A stretch of 64,000 nt of DNA, taken from Magallana gigas. Lineage: Eukaryota. Below, piece after piece: positions 23,694-37,523 of the stretch. Position 1 is the first letter of the stretch; every line of letters begins with the position of its first letter. The stretch spans positions 38,626,001-38,690,000 of the forward strand of contig NC_088857.1 of the NCBI RefSeq assembly GCF_963853765.1. Direction: 5' to 3'. A program made the position numbers and the translations under genes. The notes beneath the pieces are model-generated. The model did not search any database and was not told where the DNA came from. It saw only the letters and a list, made by a program, of their open reading frames with translations.

Positions 23694-26311
23694 TCAAGCA
23701 GATACAGTAAGCGGGAACGAAAGCGCGCAACGGTGATCCGAATAAAGTATAAAACGGAACCAATATCGATTGCCGGATTGGAAAATGAAAGGATTCATAT
23801 GAAAACAATTGTGTGTTACCTCCGGTAATGAGGGCGAATCGGTGGCAGCCTTCTCTTTGAGTCGCCGTCTGTAGAGCTCTAGAAATCGATACAGAGTAAT
23901 TAACTCATCAAACATAACCAATAGATTCAATCTGACATGATGGTGGCCGACGGATGGATGGATAATTCATTAATAGCAGAAAAGACCCCCAAATTGCAGA
24001 TAAACTATAACCCTATAGACGTAGAAAAAAACCCACCACTGCAACACAAGAGATGCGAGTGAGTGAATCCTTCGAGGCTAGCCCTATAAGATCAAGCGAT
24101 ATTGCATGTTCACAACACTTTTTTACTTGTATTTAGTATCTGATTCCATTGCTTAATGTTTCGATTCCATTACGTTTTGTTCCTTATCAGACATCTCTCC
24201 GTACAAAGCAATGTGGAGAGATATGGGACCTAGTCACATACTTTTGCAATGGTTGGTTGTTTAATGAACGGAGGATAAATTCATTCCAGCCATTATCTAA
24301 CGACCATCCGCCAATATCTCCGTTATACAGTGATTTCTATTGATTTTATAGTTCTACTCATGGGATAGTCCTAGTAAACGATGCTGGTAATCAAACAAAT
24401 CACTAGCAATATAACAACAATAGGACGCCATTGCTCAACTTACGGTGACCCGTAACGACCTTGATCACACAGTTCATGAACCTCTCCAGGGTCAAGGCCT
24501 CTCCGAGAGAGAACCGTATAATTAGTGCCTCTATCGTTTTATTGCTACCCGTGATGCCTGAAAATTAAAAGACGAAAGAAGTAAATTTGTTTGTTTTTGA
24601 TTCACATTTCTTTGGAATAATTACTTTGTAAAAATTATTAATTATCAGTTAAGGTTAAAGTTGAAAGTCCCGAAAGTTCGATTAATATTTTTTTTTATTC
24701 GATTAATATATTCATATGTATGAAATCGAAATTCACATTGACGTAGGTTGTACACGCGTACATGTACATGTATAAGATAACCCTCATTCCTACCTAAAGT
24801 TTTCAGGGCATTTCTCAAGCAGAATGTGTCCATTTCTAATTTTCCATCACTAAACTGGTTGAACACGTTCTAAACAACAAATATCAACAAGTGTTGAATA
24901 AAAGAAATAAAAGAAACATACACACTATAGTCTTGTTGCAACAATGAAAGCAATTAAGATATATTGACAGGAACGTGAAATATCTCTATTTAAATTTGAG
25001 TCAAATATACTTAGCCAGCCATCACATGGATTCTGTAAACAAACCATGCTTGAGTTTTAACAATGTTGCATGCTTCTATCTGCATTATTTTCAATGACAA
25101 AACAGGACTTTGGACAAATAAATGTAGAAAACAAATTAATGTTTTCACAGTTGCAAAAAGGAAGACAGCACAAATAAAGAACTTTGAGAGGGACCTCTAC
25201 ACTGGCTGTAAAGTTATATTGCAACTCGTGTAAACAAACTTTTATGTTACTGCTGTATTTAAATTTGGGATCTGTAGTCTCATGTTTAATCGACTAATTA
25301 TTAGCAACATACAAAGTTAGTCAAAGATATATATCCATATCAATATATTCGCAAGAAATTCTAATCTGGAAACTGCGTCGTATTGTCGTAAAAAATACAT
25401 TCGTGATGGTGTGTGGAGAACCCTTAATCAATGATCTGGGCGCCATTTCGTCAATTATGCTCGTACCTGCCACATCATGATCTTGGACATTAAGTTGCTG
25501 AATTCGTCGTAGTTAAGTTTCCCGCTAAAATCGATCTTCAACATCTTAAGGATATATGATACTTTCAAATTTGTAAACAGTACAATTGTTTTTTTACTAA
25601 AGAAGAGTGCATAAGAAAATCAGTATCACTATAAACAAATAGTTCTTTTAGGGAAATGTTCGAGACATAATGATTAATCATCTATTGATTTAAATTCCTC
25701 TCCAGAACATTTTACAGTTTCTAACATTTAGGAAAAATCAAATAATAAGTTAAAAATTTGCAAAAACGTAGGATACGATATTGGGCTCGATATATGAAAT
25801 CTATCAGTAAATGTAAAATAAATACATTTGTGAACTAAAATAATAGTTTAACTTGCGTTTTAGTTTAAAATTTGCAAGAGATGAAAACAATATTACATGT
25901 ACATCACACATAAAGCATTCACACATTCGCGACTAAAAGAAATCTATCAGTGGCGTAGAGTCTTTAATACAAGAACGAAAATAAATGCATGTATTTTTCA
26001 TAACATCGTCGCAAAATCGATAATACAAAAAATCTTCGTCTAAAACACCTGTAGATGCCTGAAATCTACAGTACTGAAAAAAGTGTTGCATATTTCAGTT
26101 TTGCAGTTGTTCTCTTACTAAAACTAGGTCTCTTTGGTCAAATCTTCCATTAAAAAGGATACGTTTGTTATTGATATGGCCGCTTTGCAAGCCTCCAGAG
26201 TCAGTTGGATTGGTTTAAATTGGAAATCTATGATTAAATGGAATTAATAATCCATATTTATACTATGTGGAGGGATCCTCAAAAAAGGATAAGAAAAAAA
26301 ATCGGAAATTC

Positions 26312-26402
<91 letters not shown>

Positions 26403-27431
26403 TTCTACAATGATAATCGATTTCTTTAAAAGCATCCAAATTGTTCAAAGTGCAGTCGTCAATGAATATTTCATGATCAATTTGAATCTATTTTGAAAGC
26501 AAACACGATATCATACAAAGGAAAAGTAAGATTCCTTGGCCTACTTTTATTGAAATAAGGTCTCCAAGTTCGATCAATATGGAAGTTAATGTTTTGTTCA
26601 CTGTTCTTTGATATTGTTTACAAAAAACAGAAATAGTAATCACAAAATAGGCTACATGATAAAAATCTGTTCAATGCCGATTTTATTTTTTATCATTTGC
26701 TTTCGAAAATCCTTTTGTACTGAAAATGACTTCTGATTTTAGAAACCTTTTGCAACCAAAAGTGGTCTCATTAACAGATCCCAAGCCATTTCCCAGCAAA
26801 ATCAGTGATTGTGTGCCCTAAAGACAGAAATCATATGAATGAAAAATTGATTGAACATCTCTACTCAAGTTAAGGATAATGGGTTTCATATCGATTTAAT
26901 TTGGCTTCTTTTGACATCTTACTGGTAGTCTCCTGAAAGCAACAAGAGTAGGACTGGGAGCGCATGCGCGACTGTAAAAGCTTTTGAAGTCCCACAGCAT
27001 CCAACCGATTCGTCTAAAATGAGAACACCGAGAAAAGAATGAAACACAATACCTGCTAAAGTACAAACATATGAGCGAGAATTCACTTTAACTTTTTGTA
27101 TTGTATTGCTCTTTGTACCCAAAACTAATCGGGCTCAACCCCTGTGAATGCATTACAAATTTATAAATATATAATTGCATTAGTCTTCTTAAAATAAATT
27201 CAGTTTTTGTATTTGACACAGATCTCTTTTGAATGTATGGATAAACTTGCATAACGCTTTTGTTCAGAAAAAGATCCAAATTGTTACGCTTTTAATTCAA
27301 TGTACTGTAGATTTCCATTCTTAGTATAATTATATGTTTACCTGTTTTGTAAGAGCACAGAACCGTTTATGCAGCGTGTATCTGGCATCTAAGTCAACAA
27401 ACCTCTCTTCTGGCTGCAAAAAAAAAAATCA

Positions 27432-27468
<37 letters not shown>

Positions 27469-30400
27469 TGATACCAAATGAGGTTTGTTTAGTGTCTCAT
27501 CATGAAACTTTTACTCGTTTGTGCGTGTGCAAGCTAAATGAACTGCAAATATAAATTCTTTTAATGCTAAATTATTGATCATTAAAAAAAAGGCTCATCC
27601 GGTGTATTTATTCAAGGTACAAATGAATATTAGTTAACTGCTTTGTGTCAAAAATAGTTTACCCAGATATCAAACATCAATTGTTCAAGCTGTCGATGAT
27701 GGCAGCTTCCAACACTAGCACGTGCTAAACCTGTATATGAATTTACTTGAATGAAACATATGGTACATGTAACTTACCGGTATATACAACATCGTATCTT
27801 CGTCATCCAGCTCTCTAGAACACAAATATGTATACAACATGTATAACAAAATTTATTTATTTTCATTTATTGTCATTTATACTACAAAATAGTAAAGCAC
27901 AAGAAAAGCGTACATATAAAATTAATTTGAACAAGGAAATTAACTGTGATTTATTTTTATTACTTAAAAGCAACTTGAATGTACATGTATATGTTCTTAT
28001 TTTTTTTTTTTACCGATCAGTTGTTAGGGAGTTTAATAAGGAACTATACTATGTAACATGTACATGTTGGATGCAAACAATATCCGCTACTCTTTTATTA
28101 AGTGTTTTCAATGGCAAACACTTCAATTGTTATATATACTATATTTAGTAACAGATTGATTAAAGGGCAATTTACAATGACTGGATCGTTAATTCTTTAA
28201 GTAAATCCTAATTCCAAAATAAAATTAATACTAGTATGTCATTTACGATAAATAAAAAGGCTGTATGGTCAAACTTTTGCCCCTTTACCATTTAGATATG
28301 AATTTTCAAGCTTATTAATGAATTAACTAATTATTTGTAAAGATACAAGTAATTCGCTTTCAATTGGCTTTCAATGTCTATTTTCCCATATTCAGCTATA
28401 TACACTGCGTTTTATGTAGTAGGTTAGAAAAGTCTTAAAATGGTCATCAATATTTAACACTTTTAACTTTTACATCAAGAAAAACGCAAATAAAACGTTA
28501 CCGAGAATAACACAAGCTTGTTGGTAGAAAAAAAGTCAACATTATAATTATGTACAACTTTTACTATTTACTTATTCATATCTATGAAAAGATAAATGGT
28601 TCTGATTTGATTAATGACAAACGACAAGAATAACAAGTTTGGGTTCGTTTTTCTTTTTCTTGATTTGTAATGTTTTGTTGTGAATGTTTTGAGGAGTTTA
28701 CTCAACCCATGAAACACCTGTGTTGCGCAGTTTGCATACATTACCGCCTACACATTGCCATTTTATCTATACCGTACAGGAAAGTCTGCCTTCCTTAGCT
28801 TTGTCAGACTTGTGACATCGCAATAACAAACCCACAGCTTTCTTTGCAAACAAATACACACCTTTTTTTCTCTTTACCTATTTTTGCACATACAACACAC
28901 AGCTACATTAACCTGCACAAAATTTCTCCTATCGATATCATTACATGCCAGCCTTACGAAGTCATCTTATAAAAGTGGCATCTATGGAAAATAAAATCAA
29001 TGGGTTTTTTTTATAGTTTATAACTTTCAAGTGACCTACCGCATTCTACATTTGCCCGAAGTAAATATTCTTATGAGATATTTTCCCTCTACATTAGGGT
29101 AGCTCGTCACCGGAAGAATGACGTAAGATCCGGCGGGAAGTTTGAAGAATCCCACGTTCTCTCTTTCCGTCTTAAACCCTGTAGTGGCATACAGTTTGTT
29201 ACTGTTGAAAAACTTTGCGGTCAATCTTGAGGACTGTCCGGGGGTAACCTATTAAAACAAAAGTAACTTATTTTTAAAAACATAATCTTCATAAATACAA
29301 TAATTTTAAACATTTCAAACCAATAGGCATTTCGAAAAACTTTTGTACAGATACCAATTTTATAGTTGTCAACAGAAAATGAGCCAATTTGAAACAAATA
29401 TAAGACACGACAAAACATTTAACTGAAATTTTGTTATACAAATCTTTGGCTCAATGTCTTGGGAAAAACTGTATAACCGGAAAACTATTATAATCATATA
29501 AAAAATTATGTTTATATATAATATATATATATATATATATAATGTTATGGTTGTGTACAGTTCGCCTTACCTGATAAATCAGACAGCCACAGGACAGAAA
29601 CCGCCTGTCGTCACCACATAGGCGGTACTTCTGCATCAGAGCTATGACGACACAGCAAGGAGATGGCACCTCCAGATAAAACTGGTTGTTGTGCCACAAT
29701 AGAGCTAAAAACCGAAAGACACGGAGAAATTGCACTGAAACATACTAATATTCTGATATAAATACTGTCTTTACATATTTAATATAATGTAGTATTAATA
29801 CATGTATAATCTAAATTCCTGAGAAGTATTTTATTCCAGAGGGGAAAAATCGAAGAATTATTAAACAAACTAAAAAGCAAAGATCATTTGACTTCAATGA
29901 GTACATTTAAAATGATGTCGCAGTATTTAGTATTTTCTTATGAGTAGGGATGATGCTTTTTGTTTTTCAGGCAACGGCTTTTAAATAGTCAAAGTCTTTT
30001 GAAGACAACCCTAGAAGTGAGGTTAGTTTTTTTACTTTAAGAGAAAACCCTCAGGCTAGCTGTATGGTTAGCGTTCACGCTCTGACTTTTGGATACAACT
30101 CTCGCTGTATGATTAACGCTTTGACTTTTGGATACAACTCTAGCTGTATGATTAACGCTTTGACTTTTGGATACAACTCTCGCTGTATGATTAACGCTTT
30201 GACTTTTGGATACAACTCTCGCTGTATGATTAACGCTGTGACTGTTGGATACAACTCTCGCTGTATGATTAACGCTGTGACTTTTGGATACAACTCTAGC
30301 TGTATGATTAACGCTTTGACTTTTGGATACAACTCTCGCTGTATGATAAACGCTCTGACTTTTGGATACAACTCTCGCTGTATGATTAACGCTCTGTCTT

Positions 30401-33400
30401 TTGGATACAACTCTCGCTGTATGATTAACGCTGTGACTTTTGGATACAACTCTAGCTGTATGATTAACGCTTTGACTTTTGGATACAACTCTCGCTGTAT
30501 GATTAACGCTCTGTCTTTTGGATACAACTCTAGCTGCATGATTAACGCTCTGTCTTTTGGATACAACTCTAGCTGCATGATTAACGCTCTGACTTTTGGA
30601 TACAACTCTAGCTGTATGATTAACGCTCTGACTTTTGGATTCAACTCTAGCTGTATGATTAACGCTTTGACTTTTGGATACAACTCTAGCTGTATGATTA
30701 ACGCTTTGACTTTTGGATACAACTCTCGCTGTATGATAAACGCTCTGACTTTTGGATACAACTCTCGCTGTATGATTAACGCTCTGTCTTTTGGATACAA
30801 CTCTAGCTGCATGATTAACGCTCTGACTTTTGGATACAACTCTAGCTGTATGATTAACGCTCTGACTTTTGGATTCAACTCTAGCTGTATGATTAACGCT
30901 GTGACTGTATGATTCAACTCTAGCTGTATGATTAACGCTTTGACTTTTGGATACAACTCTCGCTGTATGATTAACGCTCTGACTTTTGGATACAACTCTC
31001 GCTGTATGATTAACGCTTTGACTTTTGGATACAACTCTCGCTGTATGATTAACGCTCTGACTTTTGGTTTCAACCCTAACTACATGTTACATGCTCTGAC
31101 ATTTGGAACAACCCTTGCTGCCTAATTAATGCTCTGAGTTTTCGAGTCAATCCTACCTGTATGGTAAATGCTTTGACGTTGAGACACAACCCTAACCCTA
31201 GCTATATGGTAAATGGTTTGACATTCTGAGACACCCTAACTGTATGGTTAACGCTCTGACTTTTGGAGAAAACCCTGGTTGTATGGTTAATTTAGACTAC
31301 AGGAGACAACCCTAGGTGTATGGTTAACGCTCTGACTTCTGAGAGAAAACCCTGGCTGTATGGTTAATTTAGACTATAGGAGACAACCCTAGGTGTATGG
31401 TTAGTGCTTTGACTCACGTGAAGAGGCTGCCCCTCCCGCGTTGTACCCCCTCCGCCATTCCCGGTGACCCACGGCGGCCGCCCACGACTTCCGGTGGTGA
31501 ATGGACGGCTCACATTTCCAACATTCCGGACTCAGGTGACACACTTCCAGCATGGTGAAAATGTTGGAGAAATCGACAAAGGACATCCTGGAATTATACC
31601 ATACGTAAATTCAATTAATATACGTGTATATCAAAGTTCGCCTTTAACAAAACTGTTTTCCTTTCCAATTGACTGACAAAAAGGCCTAGCCCTTTTATAC
31701 TTTTAAAATTTATAATCAACAGTCTTTAGAAGCATTTTTTTGGGGTTGAAAAGCAATTTTCCTGAACTCCAACAACTCAGTCGGAAAAAGGCAACAAAAA
31801 ACCTACATTTTTTTTAAGTTGACCCAATATAATTTTACGATTTTAACATAAACAGTGCAAATACTTGCACATTATTTGTGAGTACGGATTAAATTAATTA
31901 CTTTGTTTAAAGAACATTAGGCCAGGGGAATAAGATACTAGTAAATCAAATGCCTGTTAAATTGATTACTTTGACTAAGTATTAAAATTGATTTTCAAAA
32001 AAAGTTGTTGAAAAAGATGACACATATGTCTATTGGTGTTATGGTAAAATAGCAGATGCCCGTGTAGAAATAGTAACATTTTTTTTGGAAAGGGGGGATA
32101 CTTGAAAACAAGACAATTATGTAACGTGATTCAAGCATCGATGTAATATAGAATGCAAGAGCAGTAACTCTAATTATAATACACAAGAAGACCAAGCTAT
32201 TGATATTTGCGCAAATAACAATCAAATAATTGTAATTATTGTAATTGCATTTCAAATTTATTGTGAATTTTTTTAGGGGTAGGGGTGGGGGTTGTTTTTG
32301 TTTGTTTGTTTTTTGTATGACTTAATTGATTTGCAGTAAGATTGAGCTGACCAGAATTCGCCGTCATCAGCCTTGTCTGGTCTCAGTCGTTTACGGAGGT
32401 CCTCGCTCAAAGCTTCCCAATGGGGGGACCTTCAAAGTAAACCACACCATATTTAACATTCGTAAAGATGTATATTACCTGTCTTAATCAAAATATGAAC
32501 ACGATAGTTAAGTGCGTTCGCTATATAACAAGTATAATCACCCGTCGCTCCAAGCTCCGTTCCACTCAAAATGACCCCAGGGATTTCTTAGTCGAATTAA
32601 TATGATCATTCCATTTTTAACAGGAATCTGAAGAAAAAATATAAAATGTGTGAAGACCTGTTATGAAGTATTTCAATTAGGACATAAAAAATTCTACAAA
32701 ATTTTTTAACAATAATTGTGACCTCAATATAACCAAAATATATATAGTGATACAATCCCTAAAATCAATTATGATTCTATCCTTGAATGAAATATATTAT
32801 GCCGAAATTCAACGTTTAAACCTAAACAATGTGAGAGAAAATACGTTTGCCAGGACACCTGATCGCAAATATTTGTCGTCGCGAACCACAGCATGAAAAA
32901 ATAAATTTTTTACTTAATCCAGAAATGCAATTTGAGTCTCAATGGAGAAAGTTTGATGTTCGAAACCATTGTGAAAACAGTGAGTGGCAAAATAAAATTC
33001 ATTTGTCATTTGATGTTTTTAACATATTAAAGCTGAACACCGCTCGTAAATAGGAACCGTCACACAGGTACCTGGTATATAAACCCTTCGATTTCGTTAC
33101 ACCCGATTGCACATCTGAAACTCGTGGCCGACGTGTAGTGTTCCTTTCGTTGTCTTTGGATTTTTATGCATTTAATTGTTATTTATGTGCATATTATGTC
33201 TGTAAATAATGCAATGACCAGTTCATTTGATGTTAGTACTCTCCTGGTTTGAAAAAGTGCGTAAAACTTGACAATTTCATCGCACCCGAGTAACATAGCG
33301 AGGCAAGATGTACGTCCACACAGGTGAGACCTCTACAGCGATATACTTTGAACTGTTAAGAGGTCTATGGCTTATATAGGGGTGTAGGAAGAGCGGTGCT

Positions 33401-35272
33401 GAAAGAGAAATATGGCGGACAGTGCCTATTTACGAGCGGTGTTCAGCTTTAAGGTGACCATTTACCTGGGCATATCCGGTAACACTGTACGCATGCCCAG
33501 TCACCAACCCGTTTGACAATCTCCTCCTCTGTCCTTGTGTCATATTAGTCTGCATTAAAACAAAATTTTAATGTAATTCATAGATACTAGTATTTACCAT
33601 TTCAGAATGTCAAAGGTCGTTAATATACGTCCATCTCGTCAAAAACAGAGTGTAGAAAGCATATACAGTAAAACACGTTTATAACGAAGTACCAGATACG
33701 GGCAATTTTACTTCGTTATAAACATAGTTCGTTATACCCGTCAAGTTTACAACATGCAATAAAGTCACGGGGAATGAAAATAACTTCGTTTTAAGCGTAA
33801 ATTCATTATAAGCGTATTCGCTATAACCACGTTTTAATGTATAGGTTCTCACAGAGATGTAGGTACCAACGAGGGAGGCGTTGGTCATAGACACGTCCAG
33901 GAGACGCTGTATGAGGCGGGGGTTCTCGTACACCTGGTGGTTTTCTGTGACCCCACCCGTCAGGTCCTGTAGGGCCCAGTTAGTCAGACCACCGCTAGTG
34001 TTCTCATATGATCCATAGCACCTACACAAATAGCACAGAAATTTCATATAAAGAAGAGCTTCTTTATAACATTTTTCTCCGGGCGAATTTAATATCGAAG
34101 TATTTTTGAAGATGACAAGAATTTGTAAACAGACAATATTATTTTCATAACAAACGCTACTGGATTTTTAGCATTTAATCTTAAAACAGTAGAAACTCAT
34201 TTCGTACTTTGCGTAAGCCTTTTCAAAAAGTGCTGGCCAGAATTCTTGCCGATCTAAACTTCTCAAATAAATTAGTTCCCCTGGAAAAGAGGGATGCAGT
34301 TTTAGTGTCAATGAAATTTCATCCAAGACAAACGGTTATTATAATTGCTTTATGAAGTCATCGTTTCAGAAAAGTTTACCATTAATGGTCGGAAGACGGT
34401 CGTCGATGACAACATCAATCCACTCTCCGTACCTCCAAAACCGGAAGTGAAATATTCCCGCGTATTTGTGCGTGAAGCCCTGGTCTTCTGGGATGCATCT
34501 CTTGAGCAGTTTTGGTGTCAAAGTGAGGCAAGAAAAGGCGGCTACTAGCCAACAATTGCCTGCGAAAAAATCGGAAGTCGGTATACATTTTCCCCTCGCT
34601 ATGCAAATGTAATTACCTGGCATTTGAAATGCATATGCATAACACTATACTTACCGAGCTTCCCTTGCAATAAGTCAAAGCGACTGAAGCCGTCGGCCGT
34701 GAATTTCGGATGAGCAGCAATTTCCTGAAATAGAAAAACAGGTAGATGCAGTGTCTGAATTGGAGTGACAAGATATAATATGTAAATATTTCAACCTAAG
34801 TTATAAAAACACATGTAAGACAAGATTACAATATAATTTAAACCTACGTATGGTCTTTTCCAGATAATTGGTCCTATGTTAGGTCTGTAGCTATAGAACA
34901 AGGATTTATCATCTGCTGGGAAAGCAGGGTCCTCGAACAAAATACGTCTGTATAAATGACAGCAATTAAAACATTAAAGATAAATAAAAGATTAGAACTC
35001 GAGTAAGTATATTATTAATATTAGTTTCTATGCAATACATCCCATTGCAAATTAACTCACTTTTGAATACATATTTCACGAATTTTCTCAAAGGAAAGCG
35101 TCTCTTCATATTTATTTCCGATCACAGAAGAAGCCTTAGAGGTATCGTGTACATTTCTTGGAATATAAGGTTCCGGTCTTGCAAAGTTGTTCCGAAATCC
35201 ATTAACCTCCGGTTTCCGGTTTGCTGGCACTGGAAAACTGAACGAAGTCAGTCCCCTCCTGGGACTTTCCAT
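23694..35272 (-). CDS. Calpain (CysPc, C2-like domain III, degenerate penta-EF-hand), ~793 aa, 21 coding exons; 3' end uncertain
   Basis: Exons 35061-35272, 34848-34947, 34655-34724, 34380-34559, 34208-34280, 33853-34021, 33466-33549, 32542-32627, 32352-32429, 31418-31587, 29571-29704, 29040-29248, 27778-27814, 27342-27413, 26923-27013, 26163-26227, 25467-25535, 24794-24869, 24444-24557, 24242-24296, 23694-23931; all phases join. Motifs [17 protein letters not shown] (Cys), GHAYSV (His), RLRNPWG (Asn), [16 protein letters not shown]. Confidence 0.9.
25536..26162 (-). other. U12-type (minor spliceosome) GT-AG intron in calpain
   Basis: 5' splice site GTATCCTTTTT. Branch-site-like ATCCTTAAG (25553-25545) ends 9 nt before the intron end; no polypyrimidine tract. 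Confidence 0.9.
26315..26398. repeat. (AT)n microsatellite, ~42 units
   Basis: Direct reading; intronic in calpain. Confidence 0.98.
27434..27464. repeat. (AG)n microsatellite
   Basis: Direct reading. On the minus strand it forms part of the pyrimidine-rich region upstream of the acceptor of exon 27342-27413. Confidence 0.95.
30056..31400. repeat. 39-bp minisatellite (~26 well-conserved copies to ~31080, degenerate to ~31400) in a calpain intron
   Basis: Unit CTGTATGATTAACGCTTTGACTTTTGGATACAACTCTCG. It yields 13-aa repeats in the ORF track on both strands. Confidence 0.97.
33031..33448. mobile_element. Kolobok-like MITE, family B (418 bp)
   Basis: Perfect 24-bp TIR AGCTGAACACCGCTCGTAAATAGG (33031-33054 and 33425-33448), with TTAA on both sides. 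Confidence 0.9.
33666..33839. mobile_element. Tc1/mariner-like MITE (CAGTAAAAC termini)
   Basis: TA-CAGTAAAACACGTTTATAACGAA ... TTCGCTATAACCACGTTTTAATG-TA; imperfect TIR. Confidence 0.7.
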
Positions 35273-37523
35273 GCTCGCTCAATCACAAACACAGACTGAA
35301 ATACATATAATACCACATTCCAAGAACTTGTTATTTGGAAATAATAAGATGTCCTTGAAGTTCCTTTCACCTATAGTATACTTCTGCAACAGATCCGGCT
35401 GGTTTAGCACATAACCGGTTATCATAGTATACCGCTAATCAAGATACCGGGTACATTGTTAATTGTATAGGATCAGGGTCTTGAAATATTTATGTAACAG
35501 TATGCTTAAAAAACATTCCTCAAAATATTGTTTGAAAATTTGGTTTACCTTTCTGAAGGTGCACATGATCGTATCATCGTGGTTCATTAAACTTTCAAAA
35601 TACACTTTCAGTTCATTCATTAACATTCATGCATAAATTAATTTGATGTGTGGTAGGCAAGCCCGTCTGATATTATCACCTTTATATATTATTTGTGTTT
35701 CGATCTTTGATAAGCATGCATATATTGTTAAAAATCTTATTACCCCCCCCCCCCACCTCTCTATTTCTTCAATCTTCATTTGTCATTCTATCGAGGTCTT
35801 TTTTTTTTAAATCTAATATGTAACAATAGCTAGCGTATCTGTAAAATGACCTCTAATTGGACAATTTCCTTTGTCCTGTCTTTGTTGGATTCTGTCGGGT
35901 CTCATTATTAGGACCTTGTCCCCCAGTGCCCACCCGCCGGTCATCGACTCTTTACCCACAGATGTGGGTTTTATCTATCCAGAGCCCTGTGATTCTAACA
36001 AGGGTTTTAACCTCTGAACTTAGATTTGACGCCGATCATATCTATAAAATGTTTCTAAAAAATCAGTACCATTTGTAGATTTAAAAAAACCAGAGAGTGG
36101 AAGATATTCTTGTTCAATTGTTATTGACATTTAAATCTCTATCGTGAACACAGCTATCAAAATCAAAGTACATACTAACAATCATAACTGTCAATTGCAT
36201 ACTTCATTGTGTTTTGCTTGTTTGTTTTATTATGATAGAAAAGTTAGTTGTTACAGAACTACAGTATAAATTCTTTAAAAATTAATATACGCGAAAAGTT
36301 TGTCCACATTAACTTGATAATTCAAATTCCTGTCAACTGAAGTTCTAGCACAGAAAATAATAGTATAGAAAGTGGCGCAAAAATTGGCGCTAAATCTATT
36401 TCATACAGGTGTATATAACATTACGTTGTTTACTTACATCATACAGGTTACATGTACATTACATGTCCAAAGTGATCTCACTATTCACACACTAATCCCA
36501 GTAGGTATGATTGTACATTATTGCATAGACTGACAACTCCTCAAATTTTTTTTCAGCTGGTTAATAATTCTTGGCGACGTTTGTCCAGAAATTCTCATAT
36601 AAATAAGTGTAAGTCTTGTCCATCTGAGCTATCTAACATCAACCCTGCGGAGAACACGGTCCGAGTATTATATAGACTCCGGAGGTAGCCTGCACGAGGA
36701 GAGTAGACGTTTAATAGCGGGAGACGGGTCGACAATGCATAATATAGTGGGCACCTGCTCTTCCGAAAAACCTGGGATATTTAAATCAACCAGACCAGTG
36801 TGTGTATTGAATACCATGTTGTTTGCACTCTGAATTTAGACAATAGCAATGCCTAGCTTTTTATGTATGATAATTCTTATTCTGTCAACCCTTCCAGGTA
36901 CTTTGACATAATTGTTAGTTTGTAAACCAACAAAAACTGTCACAGTGTTTGACAGTAATTATGGACCAGAATCTCGAAGCTTCTCATTGTTAATTCACTG
37001 CAATACACAATTACCATCAGTAGCTCTATGGGGGTGATATAATTTGCTGTTCTTAGGGCTATTTATCGGACTGCACAGGTATCACATGGTTAATCAAGTC
37101 TTCCACTTTGCAACTAAATAACACTGCCTGCATCTCTAATCACAAGATTGTAGAAAAGATTGCAGTTTAAAGTGGAATGTGTTCTTCAAATTTCAAAGCA
37201 ATACTACTCAACATAAACTCTATTTACGAGTTTTTAAAAGATGTTTTTATAATCCGATTTGTTTAAAAAATACGCACATATGTTATGTGAACGGAAAGTT
37301 ATATAAAGGTCCAGAAAGCAGAGACGAACACCACACAGGAACACCAGATAATAGACAACAACGCCACGCAGCCACACACGCGCAACACATAACTCGATCG
37401 ACAGGAGCCCAAGGACGACCCAACGAAACAGCAGGACGGCATGAAAGACAGACTACACATCCAACGACCGCGTACAGTACAGTCGCCTCCAACGCGTACA
37501 CTGGACATTCTACCGGTCACTAG

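Noticed and set aside
26244-26448. (IY)n ORFs
   Set aside because: Translation of the (AT)n microsatellite.
30056-31080. Possible CRISPR array (also considered for the 46-bp repeat at 60075)
   Set aside because: Contiguous tandem units with no unique spacers, no cas genes, and an intron-rich eukaryotic context.
30064-31125. Long ORFs (282 and 332 aa) of 13-aa repeats on both strands
   Set aside because: An artefact of a 39-bp (multiple of 3) stop-poor minisatellite inside a calpain intron.
34281-34379. Apparent premature stops in calpain (KLF* at 34366-34368 and MR* at 29036-29038)
   Set aside because: Both lie just inside introns with good donors, and splicing gives a continuous conserved frame, so this is not a pseudogene.
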